The translations under genes were made by a program, and so were the position numbers. Positions 13,001 to 25,715 of a stretch of 64,000 nt of DNA are shown piece after piece (the first letter of the stretch is position 1; every line of letters starts with the position of its first letter). Source of the DNA: Eledone cirrhosa (taxonomy: Eukaryota). The stretch lies in assembly GCA_964016885.1 (NCBI GenBank), contig OZ024740.1:364498001-364562000 (forward strand). The letters are read 5' to 3'. The notes beneath the pieces are model-generated. The model had not been told where the DNA came from and did not search any database. It was given only the letters and a program-made list of their open reading frames with translations.

Positions 13001-13481
13001 GTGTGCGTGTGTGTGTGTGTGTGTGTGCGTGTGTGTGTGTGTGCGTTTTCACCTTAACTACAATGTATGACTACTTCCTGGAAGGTAGAAAATAGAAGGA
13101 TCAAGTTATTCCTTATAGTCAGTGACTTGTCAGAATCATTAGTGTGTTAACCCTTAAGCATTTTCATTACTCTATATATATATTATTGTATTTTTGTGGT
13201 AAAGGCTTTATCTCACATAATATCAAACCTATGAGATTTTGATATTATTTATTTTGAAAACAATACGTTAACATCAGTATGAGCGACCAATTATGGCTAG
13301 TTTGAACAGAAGATAAGTGAGAGAATTCTGGCCAGATCCGCCTGGTTTAAATGCCAAATGGTTAAAGAGAAAGCCTTGCTGTGTTCTGGTTCTCTGCACT
13401 CTCAGTACAAATCCTGATATGGTCAACTTTGCCTTTCATACTTAGTGTTGATAAAGTACTAGATATACTACAATTGATTCT

Positions 13482-13834
13482 TCTCTCTCTCCCTCACTCT
13501 CATCTCTCCCCCACTCTCCTCTCTCTCTCCCCTTCGCCCTCCTCTCTTTTTCACTCTCCCCTCTTTCCCTCTCACCCTCCCTCTCTTCCCCCTCACCCTC
13601 CTCTATTTCCCCCTCACCCGCCTCACTCTCCCCTTCACTCCCCTATCTTCCCCCTTTATTCTCTTTTCTCTCTCCCCATCACTCTCCTCTCTGTTTCCTC
13701 TCCCCATCACTCTCCTCTCTGTTTCCTCTCCCCATCACTCTCCTCACTTTCTCATTCTCTCCACTTTCCTCCCCATCACTCTCCTCTCTATCACTTTTCT
13801 CTCTCTCCCCTTCATTCTCCTCTCCCTCTCTCTC
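13482..13834. repeat. Polypyrimidine (CT-rich) low-complexity tract
   Basis: Directly visible. Confidence 0.9.
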
Positions 13835-14517
13835 TGAAACCACCCCTGGTTCTATGATACAAAACTGTCTCTTTTAAAGTGTTCTTAATTATATTAAAAC
13901 CTTCCATCATAATTTTAGGTAAGAACATTTCATTAAGTTATGCACTAAACACCAGCTTATTAATGTTAAATTCCTCAACATTTTTTTTATTATTTTCAAA
14001 ATGAAACACATTGGCAGAGTATTTCATTAGAAATATTTTGTTATGTTTGTGTGGTGTTTGTTTTTATAAAATTGTAAAATGAATTTGATAATCAGTTGTG
14101 AAATTTATTCAGTATCACAGAATATTTGATAGCTTTGTGTTACTTTAAAGAAAGATAGAAGAAAGAACAGATTACTGGAGAGGAATTTGAATTAATACAT
14201 AGAAACCCTCTGTAATATATATATATATATATAGGAACCTGCTAGTCTCACATATGTCATCTAGTATGAGTGGAAATACATGATTAACTGAGATTATTCT
14301 TGCAATTAGAAGACTTCCTCTGTGTTGTTTAAAATCTAAAATAACAAGCAAGATAGATAATATCAACTAATCCAAATTCTCTGAAAATATAAGCAATGCA
14401 ATTAAGAGTGAATTTCGTCAGCAACTGATGAAAGCAACAAACGTGTTTTAATCTTGTTAGATCTCATTAGCAAATCATATTTACTTCAGTTGACTTGATT
14501 TGAAGGTATTAATTATA

Positions 14518-15733
14518 CAGGGTTGCTCAGTTCTTTGAGGACATTTGAATGAATTAAGTAAAAAATATGTATATCATGAAAGAACAGCTTTATTAGCAAG
14601 AATAATCCTGAGACTCTTCTAGATGCATCTACTGACTCCACCGTTAGCATTGATGACTGCTTCAATATGAGGTCTGAAACATTGAAATGCCAGAATCAGG
14701 TGATCTTTATCTATTTGTGTTAGTTCTGGCACTTCAGAGATTTTATAGTGTTATGGGGACATTGATTGACTTCCTTCTCAACTAAGCCCCATACATACTA
14801 GTCCAACAGATTCAGATCTGGAGATGTATGAGGGTGAGTTGAGATTTAAGGTGAAATGACTGTGGAGATTGTAACTCATCCATTCTTGGGTTTTCTTGGC
14901 CTTATGAGTCTTCTTGGCCTTACAATCTTCCTTTGCTCAAGCTCCCTATCCAAGGCCTCACAACCCTTTCTAACACCTTATAGTCAGCAGCTATAAATAG
15001 TGACCCTTAAACCCTGAAAAAAGAAATGAGGGGGCATGATGTCTCTCTTGTTGCTCATGACTCCTAGAACCATCATAGTTTCTGGAAATCTTGTGTGCAT
15101 GACTGTCGGAATGTCTTTAGTGTCCCTGCATAACCATCTGTCATTCCTTCAGTTGATCTTTTGATCCCTATCAACATTTTTCTCATCAGAGAAAAACCAA
15201 AGCATTCTAGGCTCTTGATGTTTCAACTTGCTCAACAAACGCTTTGCATGGATCAGACAATTATCTTTTTTCTTTGCAAACATGAATTGGCCTCTCTGCA
15301 TCACATATGATTTTTATCGAAGGTCTTCATTCAAAATTCTTCTGATAGTGTGACTTGAAACCCAGAGCTCTTTAACAATGGTGCTAATAGAATTCTGTGA
15401 TTCTTATCTATAATTTTGTGCACCTTTCATGTAAATTTTGGTGTTCTGATGGTATTAGGACCCTTAGCAAGTGTTTACGTTTGGCTACTGCTGTAGAATC
15501 CCAACCAATGGCATTGAACTCTTCACAAACTTTGACAATAAATGTCTGTGCAACTTTCAGGAAGCAGGCAATGTCCAAATTACTATGTTCTGCCGTTAAG
15601 GCTATGATTATTGCATGCCTTTTCATTTGCTGAGTTAGCTTGATGTGTCATCATTTATCTGAAAAGAAATCATAATCAGAATAAGTTAGAAAACTATTAA
15701 AAAGACATGTCTTCAAAGAACTCAGCAACCCTG
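14518..15733 (-). mobile_element. Degenerate full-length Tc1/mariner-superfamily DNA transposon (DDxD type)
   Basis: 27-bp TIRs CAGGGTTGCT(C/G)AGTTCTTTGA(G/A)GACAT with TA on both sides. Minus-strand transposase remnants MKRHAIIIAL..., WFFSDEK and SPDLNLLD, with stops and frameshifts. Confidence 0.9.
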
Positions 15734-16419
15734 TACAAAAGAGAAAAAGTGACATTTATTATGAATATCAAGTGTAGAATTGAAGAAAAATCCTCCAGGG
15801 GAGTGTTCTGCATGCTAAATACACAAAGGTTTCTTGGTTCAGTATATTCCATATCTGAGACTACTATATGTATTTAGCATGCAGAATACTCACTCGTCCT
15901 ACCTCTGGGGGTATTTTCCCTTAGCCCTATTGTTGATAATTACATTTGGTATGAGTTTTATGAAGAAATAATTTAATTAATAATTTTGTTATCATATTTC
16001 AGAGGAAAACCAGTGTCTATGGTTTTCAAATAATCAATAATTTGGAGGGATGTAGGAATTACTTTATCTTCAATCTGATGTTTGGGGCATAACTTAACAA
16101 AGGTTCTTACATAAAATTATGATAGAAGATTTTTAGATGCTTATAAACATTTTAAAACAAACAATTTTGTATCATTGAACCAGGGTCAATTTCAGATAGT
16201 TTGGTATAAAAATATATGTATTGAGGTTCTCTGGTGGAGAATTATTGTAATACCTGAGTTTAGAACTCTGTAAGTTGGTATCTTTCAAATCCTTCATTCA
16301 TATATAACACCACTACAAACATAACCTGGTATTATGTTGTCTGACAAGGGTCATGTTGCCAATAAAATCACTCGCACCAGATATGTTTTATTTCAGTTTT
16401 AATATTAATTCAGTAACTA

Positions 16420-16640
16420 GGGTGGTGGACTGACAGTATTGGTAGACCATCGGAAACAAATTTGACGACATAGAGTCACGGCCCTTTACGTTCCGATTTC
16501 AACCCCTGCCAAAGTTAGCTTTGCCCTTTATCCTTACACAGTTGGTAAAATAAAGTACCAGTAATGCACTGGAGTTGATTTAATCGACTTTCCCTTTCCC
16601 CCAAAGTTGTTGGTTTTGTGCCTAAATCAGAAACCACTAT
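16420..16640 (+). mobile_element. SINE with central TTTGCCTTTCATCCTT..GGTCGATAAAATAAAGTACCAGT domain. Copies at 46185-46370 (-), ~11945-12080, ~13390-13480, 20245-20357
   Basis: Repeated within the window; degenerate tRNA-like head. The central domain resembles a conserved metazoan SINE domain (from memory, not verified). Confidence 0.65.
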
Positions 16641-17089
16641 GGTGTCTGACAAGACATTAATGCTGATACCTAACCCATTGTTTTATGGAGGGAAAACAAT
16701 AATTTGTCTCAAACCTGGAGGCTCAACAGGCTGTTGCTTATCTCAAGTTTCATCGACCTTAAGTGACTGAGAGTATATGACTTCCCACTGGACAGGACAC
16801 CAGTCCATTACATGGCTTAATCCCCAGTTACTGCTGGCACTTATTTTCAGTTGAGTGAAGTGTTTGGCTCAAGAACATAATGTACCACCTGGTCCAAGAA
16901 TCAAACCCATTATCTTATTATCGTAAGTCCAATATGTTAACCATTAGACTGTGTGCCTTCACATTTCATGGAGGAAATAAGTTGTAACAAAGCTGTGGAA
17001 CGCACACACACAGGTATACAAAGCTAGTTGAAATGAATCAACACAACCTCAGTGGCTTCCTCAGTGGCTTCCTCACTTACTCAATGATA

Positions 17090-17127
<38 letters not shown>

Positions 17128-17655
17128 ACAGTACACTGGATAAAGTGGTTATTGATAGGAAAGAGGACATCTAGCCATAGGAAATCTGCCAAACAAAGAT
17201 CGGGAAGATAGATTCTTCAGATATGACAAGAGTATGATATCTTCTCTAGTGTTGTTGCCACAATAAAATGCACATGTTCTATAATGACATGTCCAACCTT
17301 TGCTAACAAAACATGTATTAACCCTATAGCATTTACATTACTCTATATTTACTATTGTATTTTCACAATAAATACTTTATTTCACATAATATCGAATCTA
17401 CGAGATTCTGATATTATTTATTTTGAGAACAATACCTTAACATAAGTATGAGCAGCCAGTTATGGCCAGTTTGAACAGGAAAAGGTGAGAGAATTCTGGC
17501 TGGATATGGGCAGTTTAACTGTTAAAGGGTTAAAGGACGATGACGTGTGTTGATTAGCCAGTTCTATTTCTATATGCTCCATACTTTCATCAACCTTTAT
17601 ATATATCTATATCAATGATATTAATAAATGGAAACTATCTTTATAAAACCATATT

Positions 17656-17716
17656 TATTTTATTATATATATTTCAAGGGTACCAACATTTTGGTACGCT
17701 CTCATCAGATAAAATA
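17656..17716 (-). ncRNA. Type I hammerhead ribozyme (same family as 4557-4622)
   Basis: TATTTTAT-CTGATGA-[GAGCGTACCAA AATG TTGGTACCCTT]-GAAA-T-ATAT-A-TA-ATAAAATA. Perfect 8-bp stem I and an intact core. Confidence 0.9.
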
Positions 17717-17783
17717 CAAAAGTTGTTTTATAAATATTGACATATCCCTAAAACAAGAACTTATCGTTTTAAGTTCAGTTTGC

Positions 17784-17835
<52 letters not shown>

Positions 17836-17900
17836 GCAGTATTTCCGTCGGAAAGGTGCAGGAAAAAAAAAGAGGGCTCTATGTGGGCTACAGAGCTTAT

Positions 17901-18011
17901 TAGTTATGTAATAAACAACATAAGATAACTATTTCATTTACCAGTGGTTTCTTGAAGGGAGAAACCACTGGTAAAGGAAATAATTATCTTATGTTGTTTA
18001 TTACATAACTA
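17901..18011. repeat. Fold-back palindrome, ~52-bp arms, 7-nt spacer
   Basis: TAGTTATGTAATAAACAAC...CCAGTGGTTTCT-TGAAGGG-AGAAACCACTGG...GTTGTTTATTACATAACTA, 2 mismatches. Confidence 0.92.
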
Positions 18012-18829
18012 TATATACATGCACACAGAATCAAATAAAGAACACTAACTTATGGCATAAAGGAAACCATATTTTAGAACACTTCTGCTCCTTCACACTT
18101 TTTAGTCTTACGTTTGATTGTATTCCAGGAGTTATAAATAAACAAAAATGAGAATGATTTTGTGAGATTCTAATGTTTCTGTGTGGCAGACAGACTAAAA
18201 TATCTAATGAGATTATTATAATATAGTCATTGACACTGCAGCATCTCTGCTGCAGTGTCAATGACTTTTCATCTATAAGTAATTACTACATCACTTAATA
18301 TTTATATGAGCCAATGTAAGAACCTATATGTAGTCATTCAATCTGCTAAAAATTGCAGTCAAATCTCCCTCAAATCACACCATGTCTTGTTAGAAAAGGA
18401 CATATACACTTAAAAAGGTAGACAGAGTACTCATGACTTGGATGCCTATGATTGTAGGTATGCTGACCTAGGGTTAAACAGTTACAACATATTACAGCAC
18501 CGAGGTTGGTATTCTTCTCAAACACATTTTGAAATATATATTTCCCGAAATAAAATAGTTTTATTGTCTTTTTTTAATATTTAACCCTTTAGCATTTTCT
18601 CACCTCTTTCTGTTCAAACCGGCCATAACTGGCCACTCATACTGACGTTACGGTGTTGTTCTCAAAATAAATAACATCAAAATCTCATAGATTTGATATT
18701 ATGAGAGATAATTATATGAGGTAAAGCCTTTACCACAAAAATGCAATCGTATATATAGTGTAATGTAAATGTTAAAGGGTTATAAAAAAAATTCAAATAT
18801 CAGTTTTTTTTACCCCCTCTCTGTTTTTT

Positions 18830-19195
18830 ACCATCCCTACATGTTCACTACCACCTCTATGTATTCACTACTGCCACTATGCATTCACTACCACCTCTAA
18901 ATGTTCACTACCACCCCCTATATGTTCACTACCCTCTCTACATGGCCACTACCGCTTCTATATGTTCACTACTACCCTTATATGTTCACCACTGCACGTA
19001 CACGTTCACTATTATCCTTACACGTTCACTATCACTCTTACATGTTCACTGGCATTCCCACATGTAAATTGCCATTCTTATTTAACTGTCACCTCTTCAT
19101 ATTCACTACTACTTTTACATGTTTACTATTACCCTTCCCAGTTTACTACCATCACTACATGTTCACTACTACCCTTACATGTTTACTGCTGCTCC
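18830..19195. repeat. Minisatellite, ~20-22 bp unit (TACATGTTCACTACCACCCT-like)
   Basis: More than 12 degenerate tandem units visible. Confidence 0.88.
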
Positions 19196-22100
19196 TTATA
19201 TCCAGAATTATATGAAGTCCATGGATGACCTGAAAACAATAAATTGTAATGGTGTTAGTCTTTAACCCTTTTATTACCAAACCACTTGAAACCATACCTG
19301 GTTCTATGATTTAAAACTGTTTTAAAGTGTTTATATTTATCTAAAAATCTCCCATCATAATTTCATATAAGAACCTTTATGTTCCAAAGATCAGCTTGAT
19401 AATGAGCAAGTTAGTTATTTTACTAAATACCTCCAAATTCTCAATTATTATCAAATTTATTTGAAAATTGCAGGCAATGTGTTTCTTTAGAAATGTAGTT
19501 AAAAAAAAAAAAAAATTTAATAAAGGTTAAAAGCTCTAGCTTAATAGGAAACTTTTGATTCAGTCTCACATTTTACAGATTTGTAGCTCTGCTCTCTTAC
19601 AAACCAGGTTCTGTACCATTGTGGACTAAATAATATATAGTTTAATATTTGATGAAGCATTTGAAAATCTGTTAGTTAGTTAGCATATGTTCAAAGCAGT
19701 TGTGTCTTCATCCTCATTGACAGCGTTCAGAGTGCATTTCTGAGTATCAGAGTTCACATCATGAATATTTGAATATATGTATGGCTTTGTATCATCGTAT
19801 ATTGCTTTCGTTGTATCTAATATTCTATTAGCACTTCATACTACTAGGTGTGTTGCTTAGTGGTTAGGGTATTCAGCTCATGATGGTTAGGTTGTAAGCT
19901 TAATTTCTGGCAATGCTATAAATCGAGAAATATGACGCAAAAAAAAAAAAAAAAAAAAATCGACGGTCAGCAATAATTTGCTGATTTTCACCAACTTCAA
20001 AATTCTAATGAAATACCCAAATTATTTTAAAGAATTTGGAGGGATTTAGGAAGACTTTAAAACCAGAGGTTTTTGTATCACAGAACCAGGCATGGTCTCA
20101 AGTGGGTTAGTATCAAAAGGAATGACCCTTTAGCATTTACATTACTCTATATATACTATTATATTTTCATGGTAAAGGCTTTATCTCACATAATATTGAA
20201 TCTATAAGATTTTGATATTATTTATTTTGAGAACAATACCGTAACAGCAATCCCACCAAGGTTAACTTTGCCTTTCATCCTTACGGGGTCGATAAAATAA
20301 AATACCAGTAATGCACTGGGTATTTGCTGGCCTTGTGCCTAAAGTAGAAACAATATTAGTGGCCAGTTCCAACCGGTTTGAACAGAAAGAGATGAGAGAA
20401 TTCTGACCAGATACAACCAGTTCAAATGACAAAGGGTTAAAGTGATCATTTTCAAAATCATTTGAAAATTATAGGCAGTGTTTTCCATTAGAAATCTGGT
20501 ATTGAAAAGGTTAAACTAGAACATAACCACCACAGTGGCAGATTTGGTGGCAGATTTCTATCTAATTGGTAAACTAGTCAATCCTGACAAAATTCAGTTT
20601 CCTTTATATGGTGCTAATGAAATCAAATCTAGAGATATTTGGGATAAGTTGTTAAAACCTGCAATTATATCTGACACAAAAAGTATGAATCATTTAGGTT
20701 ACTCCTACACAAGGTCTAACTAATCACATCTGACAATTGTAGCAACATATATCTAGCTATCTTTAGAAATGTTAGTATTTCTAGTTTATATATTACCTAG
20801 CTGATCCCATGAAAATTCCATGGTCTAATTAGATACAACCACCGAGTATTGAAGACACACAAATAATATAATTGTCTGTGATTTAAAAAAAAAACATGTT
20901 TCTGTGTTGCCACTAGTTCTTACTGCTCTTTCTCTCTCTTACCATCCCCTTTCCATAAAGATTGTTACAGCATCGGGTTAAAAAAAATCAGGATGACACT
21001 ACCAGTGCCACCGTCTCTACTTGCTTTCTACAGTTTTCACCCTTTAGCATTTACATTACTCTATAAATACAATTGTATTTTCACAGTAAAGGCTTTATCT
21101 CATAATTATCCCACATAAAATCGAATCTACAAGATTTTGATATTATTTATTTTGAGAACAATACCTTAACATAAGTATGGGCAGCCGGTTATGACCACTT
21201 TGAACAGAAAGAGGTGAGAGAATTCTGGCTGGATACAGTTGGTTTAAATGCTAAAAGGTAACATTCTATTGTTCATTTCATTTTATAGTATTTTGCTGGA
21301 TTTTTCTTTCTATCTGTAATTACAAGGGTTATTATAATCTCATTTCCTTGGGGATTTCTATCATTCCATCTTTAACTCATTGATTTCATGAAACACATTT
21401 TTATGAATTTAATCTATAGTCTACATTTGTCTAACAAAACATTGCCAACATGGAAAAGTAGATGTCAAAAAGTCTCATTTTCTTCTCATTCCACCCATAT
21501 AATTTTATTCTTTTCTTTTATATATCTTCTATTATCATCATCATTTAACGTTCACTTTCCATGCTAGCATGGGTTGGATGAGTTATCATAGTCCAAGACC
21601 AGTTGGACAAACCTCATCTTGCTTATATGTTCCATATTTGGCATGGTTTTTACAGCTGGATAATCTTACTAATGCCAACCATTTTACATGATGCACAGGG
21701 TGTATTTTATCATAGCACCAGCTCTACCACTTTATAGAGTATACTAGATGAATTTTATAGTGGCACTAGCACTAGCATTTGACAAAGTTGAGGAGGTGCA
21801 TTTTACCGTGGCACCAACACTAACACTTTTCAGGGTGTACTGGGTGAATTTTATCGTGGCACCAGCACTAGCAAGGTTGTTATATGTTTGGTTAGGTTGA
21901 TGAGTCCTCTCATCTCAATATTGTTTCTGATTCGATCAACAATCATCCATTTTACAGAGTTTGTTTTCTTTTACATATGTGACAATTATATTTTTTTGTG
22001 TGAAACAATTATTGTATTACACCAACAACAACAACTTGTAATATCTTTTCTAAATGTATATATTAGCTTTAAAAAAGAGCGAAGTCTAGCCACTTGTCTT

Positions 22101-23244
22101 CTAGTCAGGTATTTATTGGTAGGAATATAACAGCTGTGTTTTTTCATTTTCACTGTCAAAATGGACGTTTTACAATCTGTTTTGTATTAGAAATCCTGTA
22201 ATATTTTCTAACACTGTAGACACAGGCTTCAATAAGTGCAGACACAATCACTTTGTTAAAAAATTTATTTTGCAGCTGTTTTTTTAATTCAAACTCAATG
22301 GCGCTTTGGGCAAGTGTTTTCTGCTGAAGGCTCAAGTTAATCAATGTCTTGTCAGTAAATTTGGGAACTGGAAACTACAGAAGTTTATCGTCATCATTAT
22401 CATTTTATGTCCACTGTTCCACGCTTGCATGAGTTGGATGGATCCTTCTCAGTACAGCATCTCCCCACTTGTCATCTCTTCTGTGAGCTTCAGCAATTTG
22501 AGATCAGCTCATCATAATTTTATATAAGAACTTTCGTGTTCTAAAAGCAGCTTAATGAAAAATTACTAAATTTCTCAAAATTCTTGATTATTTTCAAAAT
22601 GATTTTAAAATTAGAGGCAGTGTTTTCCATTTGAAATATTTTAACGAAAGTGTTAATTATTGCCTAATACAGTGTATTTCATTTAAAATATTGTTGAGAA
22701 TTGATGTGAAATATCGGCTGCTATCAGTTTGATACCAAAATAACAGCAATATCTTTACCAATATTGCTATTGATACCTCTGCTATGACCCATATTCTCTC
22801 TCTCTCTGTTGTCAAACCTGTTGTGTGGTGTTAGTTAATTTCATGTATTGTTCTAGTGGCATTTTAGACCCCCACCCCACATCAGTATTTCTTTAAAACC
22901 AGTAAATCAATACAGTGTTGATCAGCAAATGTCATTCACCTAACAAACAGCTAGTTGTAATGTACATGTAATGTCAGTAGCAGCTGTTGTTGCTGATGTT
23001 ACTGTTGCTGCTCATTGATTGATTATTGTCAATGAAGCTCTGAACTACATTACCCCCTCCCCCACCACTATGGAACAGTAAAATACATTGGTTTGGAATC
23101 TGCCATCTCCAACAAATAAATCACTGATCTGAGGAATTGGTATAGCTCAGCCTGTAAGTAAACCTTTTTTTCTTCATATTTCTTTTACTGGATTAAATGT
23201 GCTGGACTTCTGTCAGTTCCGACAATGCTTGTTCCAGTGATTGA

Positions 23245-23500
23245 GGTGTTTGGCTCAAAACTAAGCTGTTAGTTCAATTCTCGGCTGGGCATTGTGTCCT
23301 TGAGCAAGACACTTTATTTCATGTTATTTCAGTCCATTCAGCTGGATAATATGTTTTAGCTGTGGTTCAAAGGGCCAGCTCTGTCATGCACTGTCATGCT
23401 GAATCCCTTTGAAAACTATGTTAAGGGTTCATGTCTGTGGAATGCTTAGTCACTTGCATGTTAATTTCATGAGCAGACTGTTCCATTGATCAAATACACA
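23245..23500 (+). mobile_element. CORE-like SINE. Related elements at 53278-53632 (-), ~16720-16962 (-), 42355-42495 (-), 54330-54450 (+)
   Basis: tRNA-like head followed by GTGTCCTTGAGCAAGACACTTTATTTCA..., which resembles the CORE-SINE domain. Confidence 0.6.
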
Positions 23501-24509
23501 CCCATTGGTTCAACACACATCTCTAACTATCTTCACACCATTTTACAATCCTTCCTTGTTAACATGCAGAGCCTGTCTATATGCAGTTTCAGTACATACC
23601 AGGTCTGCACATGCTTCCAAAATAAGTAGATAATCCATGAAGCAGCTTGTTAAGAAGCTGAAAATGTAGTCTTCATTCTATCAATCAACCAGACATGTTC
23701 CTATAACTAGTGTTGGGGTGTCACTTTAGATGTTTGACTGTCTATCATGGCATTTCAATGGACCTTAGAAATACTTGGTGGCGCCTATCCCCTTTCTAAG
23801 CATCCAGTCCCTCCCTAAGTTTAGCCTGCCAGCATAAGCAGTCCTCGGGGTGTGGCTGAAAAATGTGCCAGAGCCAAAACTGAACGTTCGGTGAGAACTG
23901 GTGTATCCGTCCATCACTAAGGATGCTGCTGCCAGACATCATTATTCTCCATAGCCAAACATCATAGTTTCGAGATAATGTTTCTTCAAATTCTTGATAA
24001 CGGTATGTCCAAATATTGCAATAACTTTTCTTCAAATCTCCATTAGTAATAGCAAAATTTATATCACAGACAAAGGTAATTTAATTATTACCTAAAATTA
24101 AAGACTATTCTTAAACTATATTCCAAATATCAAAAATCATTTGAAATTCAAAAACAGTTCATTTCAATAGAAATATGGTAATGAAAGGGTTAATGCGTTT
24201 ATATTTATCTGAAATCTTGCCATCATAATTTTACATGAAAACCTTTCTTAAATTATTCTCCAAACACCAGCTAAGTAATGAGAAAGTTAGTTATGTTACT
24301 AAGTCTTTCAAAATTGTGGGTTATTTTCAAAATTATTTGAAAATCATAGGCTGTGTGTTTCATTAGAAATATGTTGTTTTTTAATAAGAAATATCCTAAT
24401 GGTAGGGTTAATCTCACCCAGTTATTTTTAAAACAGGACTCAGTTGGTAGTTAGTAAACATAGACACACACACACATAATATATATATATATATATATTT
24501 TTTCTATTT

Positions 24510-25680
24510 CTAGGTAAAATTCCCGAGATCCATGGACGAGTTCTCTCCAGTGGTCTCTGTCCCTCATTATCGCTGCTATGTCCTGCGTCTCCAACAGACC
24601 AGTTTCTGTCCTTAGGGCATCAACATACGTTAACCTTGGTCTTCTCTTTCAGTTTGTCCATGCAGGGGCTTCCACAGGAGCACTGAGTGCAATGTCAACT
24701 CTGGATGTCGGTGAGCATGTCCAGCTAACCTCAGTCTCCTCTGTGTCACTTTTGAGCTGACTTTTGGGAGGCTCCCATACAGCTCTGAGTTTTTCGTCCT
24801 CAGTGTATACTGATTAATGTTCAGAGCCATCCTCAGCATTCTCGTGTAGCACCCATCCACCATCTGAGTGAGTTTCTTGGTCAGTGTCCAAGTCTCAAAC
24901 CCGTACAGCAGCACAGACTCCACTACAGCAATGAAGAGGCGGATCTTCAGGTCTCCACGAAAGTCCGACTTCTATACCGATCTCAAGCTATGGCACGCCG
25001 CCCAGGCTTTGCTCTTCTTCTCAACCACATCATCTTCTGTATTCCCAATCTTTGCTCCCAAATACAGGAAGTCCTCAACTAATTCCAGTGGCTTCCCGCC
25101 TACATTAGTAATCCCCTCTGGCTTCTCAACATTCTCTACCAGACATTTTGTCTTAGTCTCATTCATTCTCAGCCCCACACTCATCGATACAGTCTCAACT
25201 TCCTGCATCAAATCCTCTGCCTCCTTCACTGTATTTGTCACCAAAACTATGTCATCGGCAGATTCAGCATCCGATATCTTTTTTGCCTTAACTCTCCTGC
25301 TCTGAGCCGGTGTTACAGTAAAGCTAGAGTCCTGGTGTTTCTCCAGTGCAAGGCACATACAATAGTCCACTACGATAGTAAAAAGGTAGGGAGCCAATGT
25401 ATCTCCCTGGAGCACTCCAGCCAGTATCTCAAAGAACTCTGTTATCCCATCAGGTGTAATGACTTGGGCTTCAGAGAGGGAAGATCAATTACCAGTCACA
25501 TCCTGATGCTGAGGAGGATATTAGAGGGAGCTAGAGCAAAGTGCCTTCCTGTGGTCATTAGGCAGGCCTTTGATTCTGTGGACCGTCACTGCCCGATGAA
25601 GATCTTATAGGCTTATGGAATCCCCAAGAAGATAGTGGACCTGATATCACTGCTCTTCACCAACACCAAAGCCCAAGTCA
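24510..25680 (-). mobile_element. RTE-type LINE family B, RT 3' half, with inverted 5' segment (25471-25680 on +)
   Basis: Minus strand: AQVITPDG..LQGDTLAPYLF..SADDIVL..FLYLG..LLYGFETW. Plus strand 25465-25680: GFREGRS..HILMLRRILE..QAFDSVDR..FTNTKAQV, which is the immediately upstream part of the RT. Confidence 0.9.
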
Positions 25681-25715
25681 TATATATATATATATATATA
25701 TATATTCCTGTATGA

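Noticed and set aside
14404-14445. Possible hammerhead (TTTCGTC..CTGATGA..CAAAC)
   Set aside because: No stem II pairing and no GAAA.
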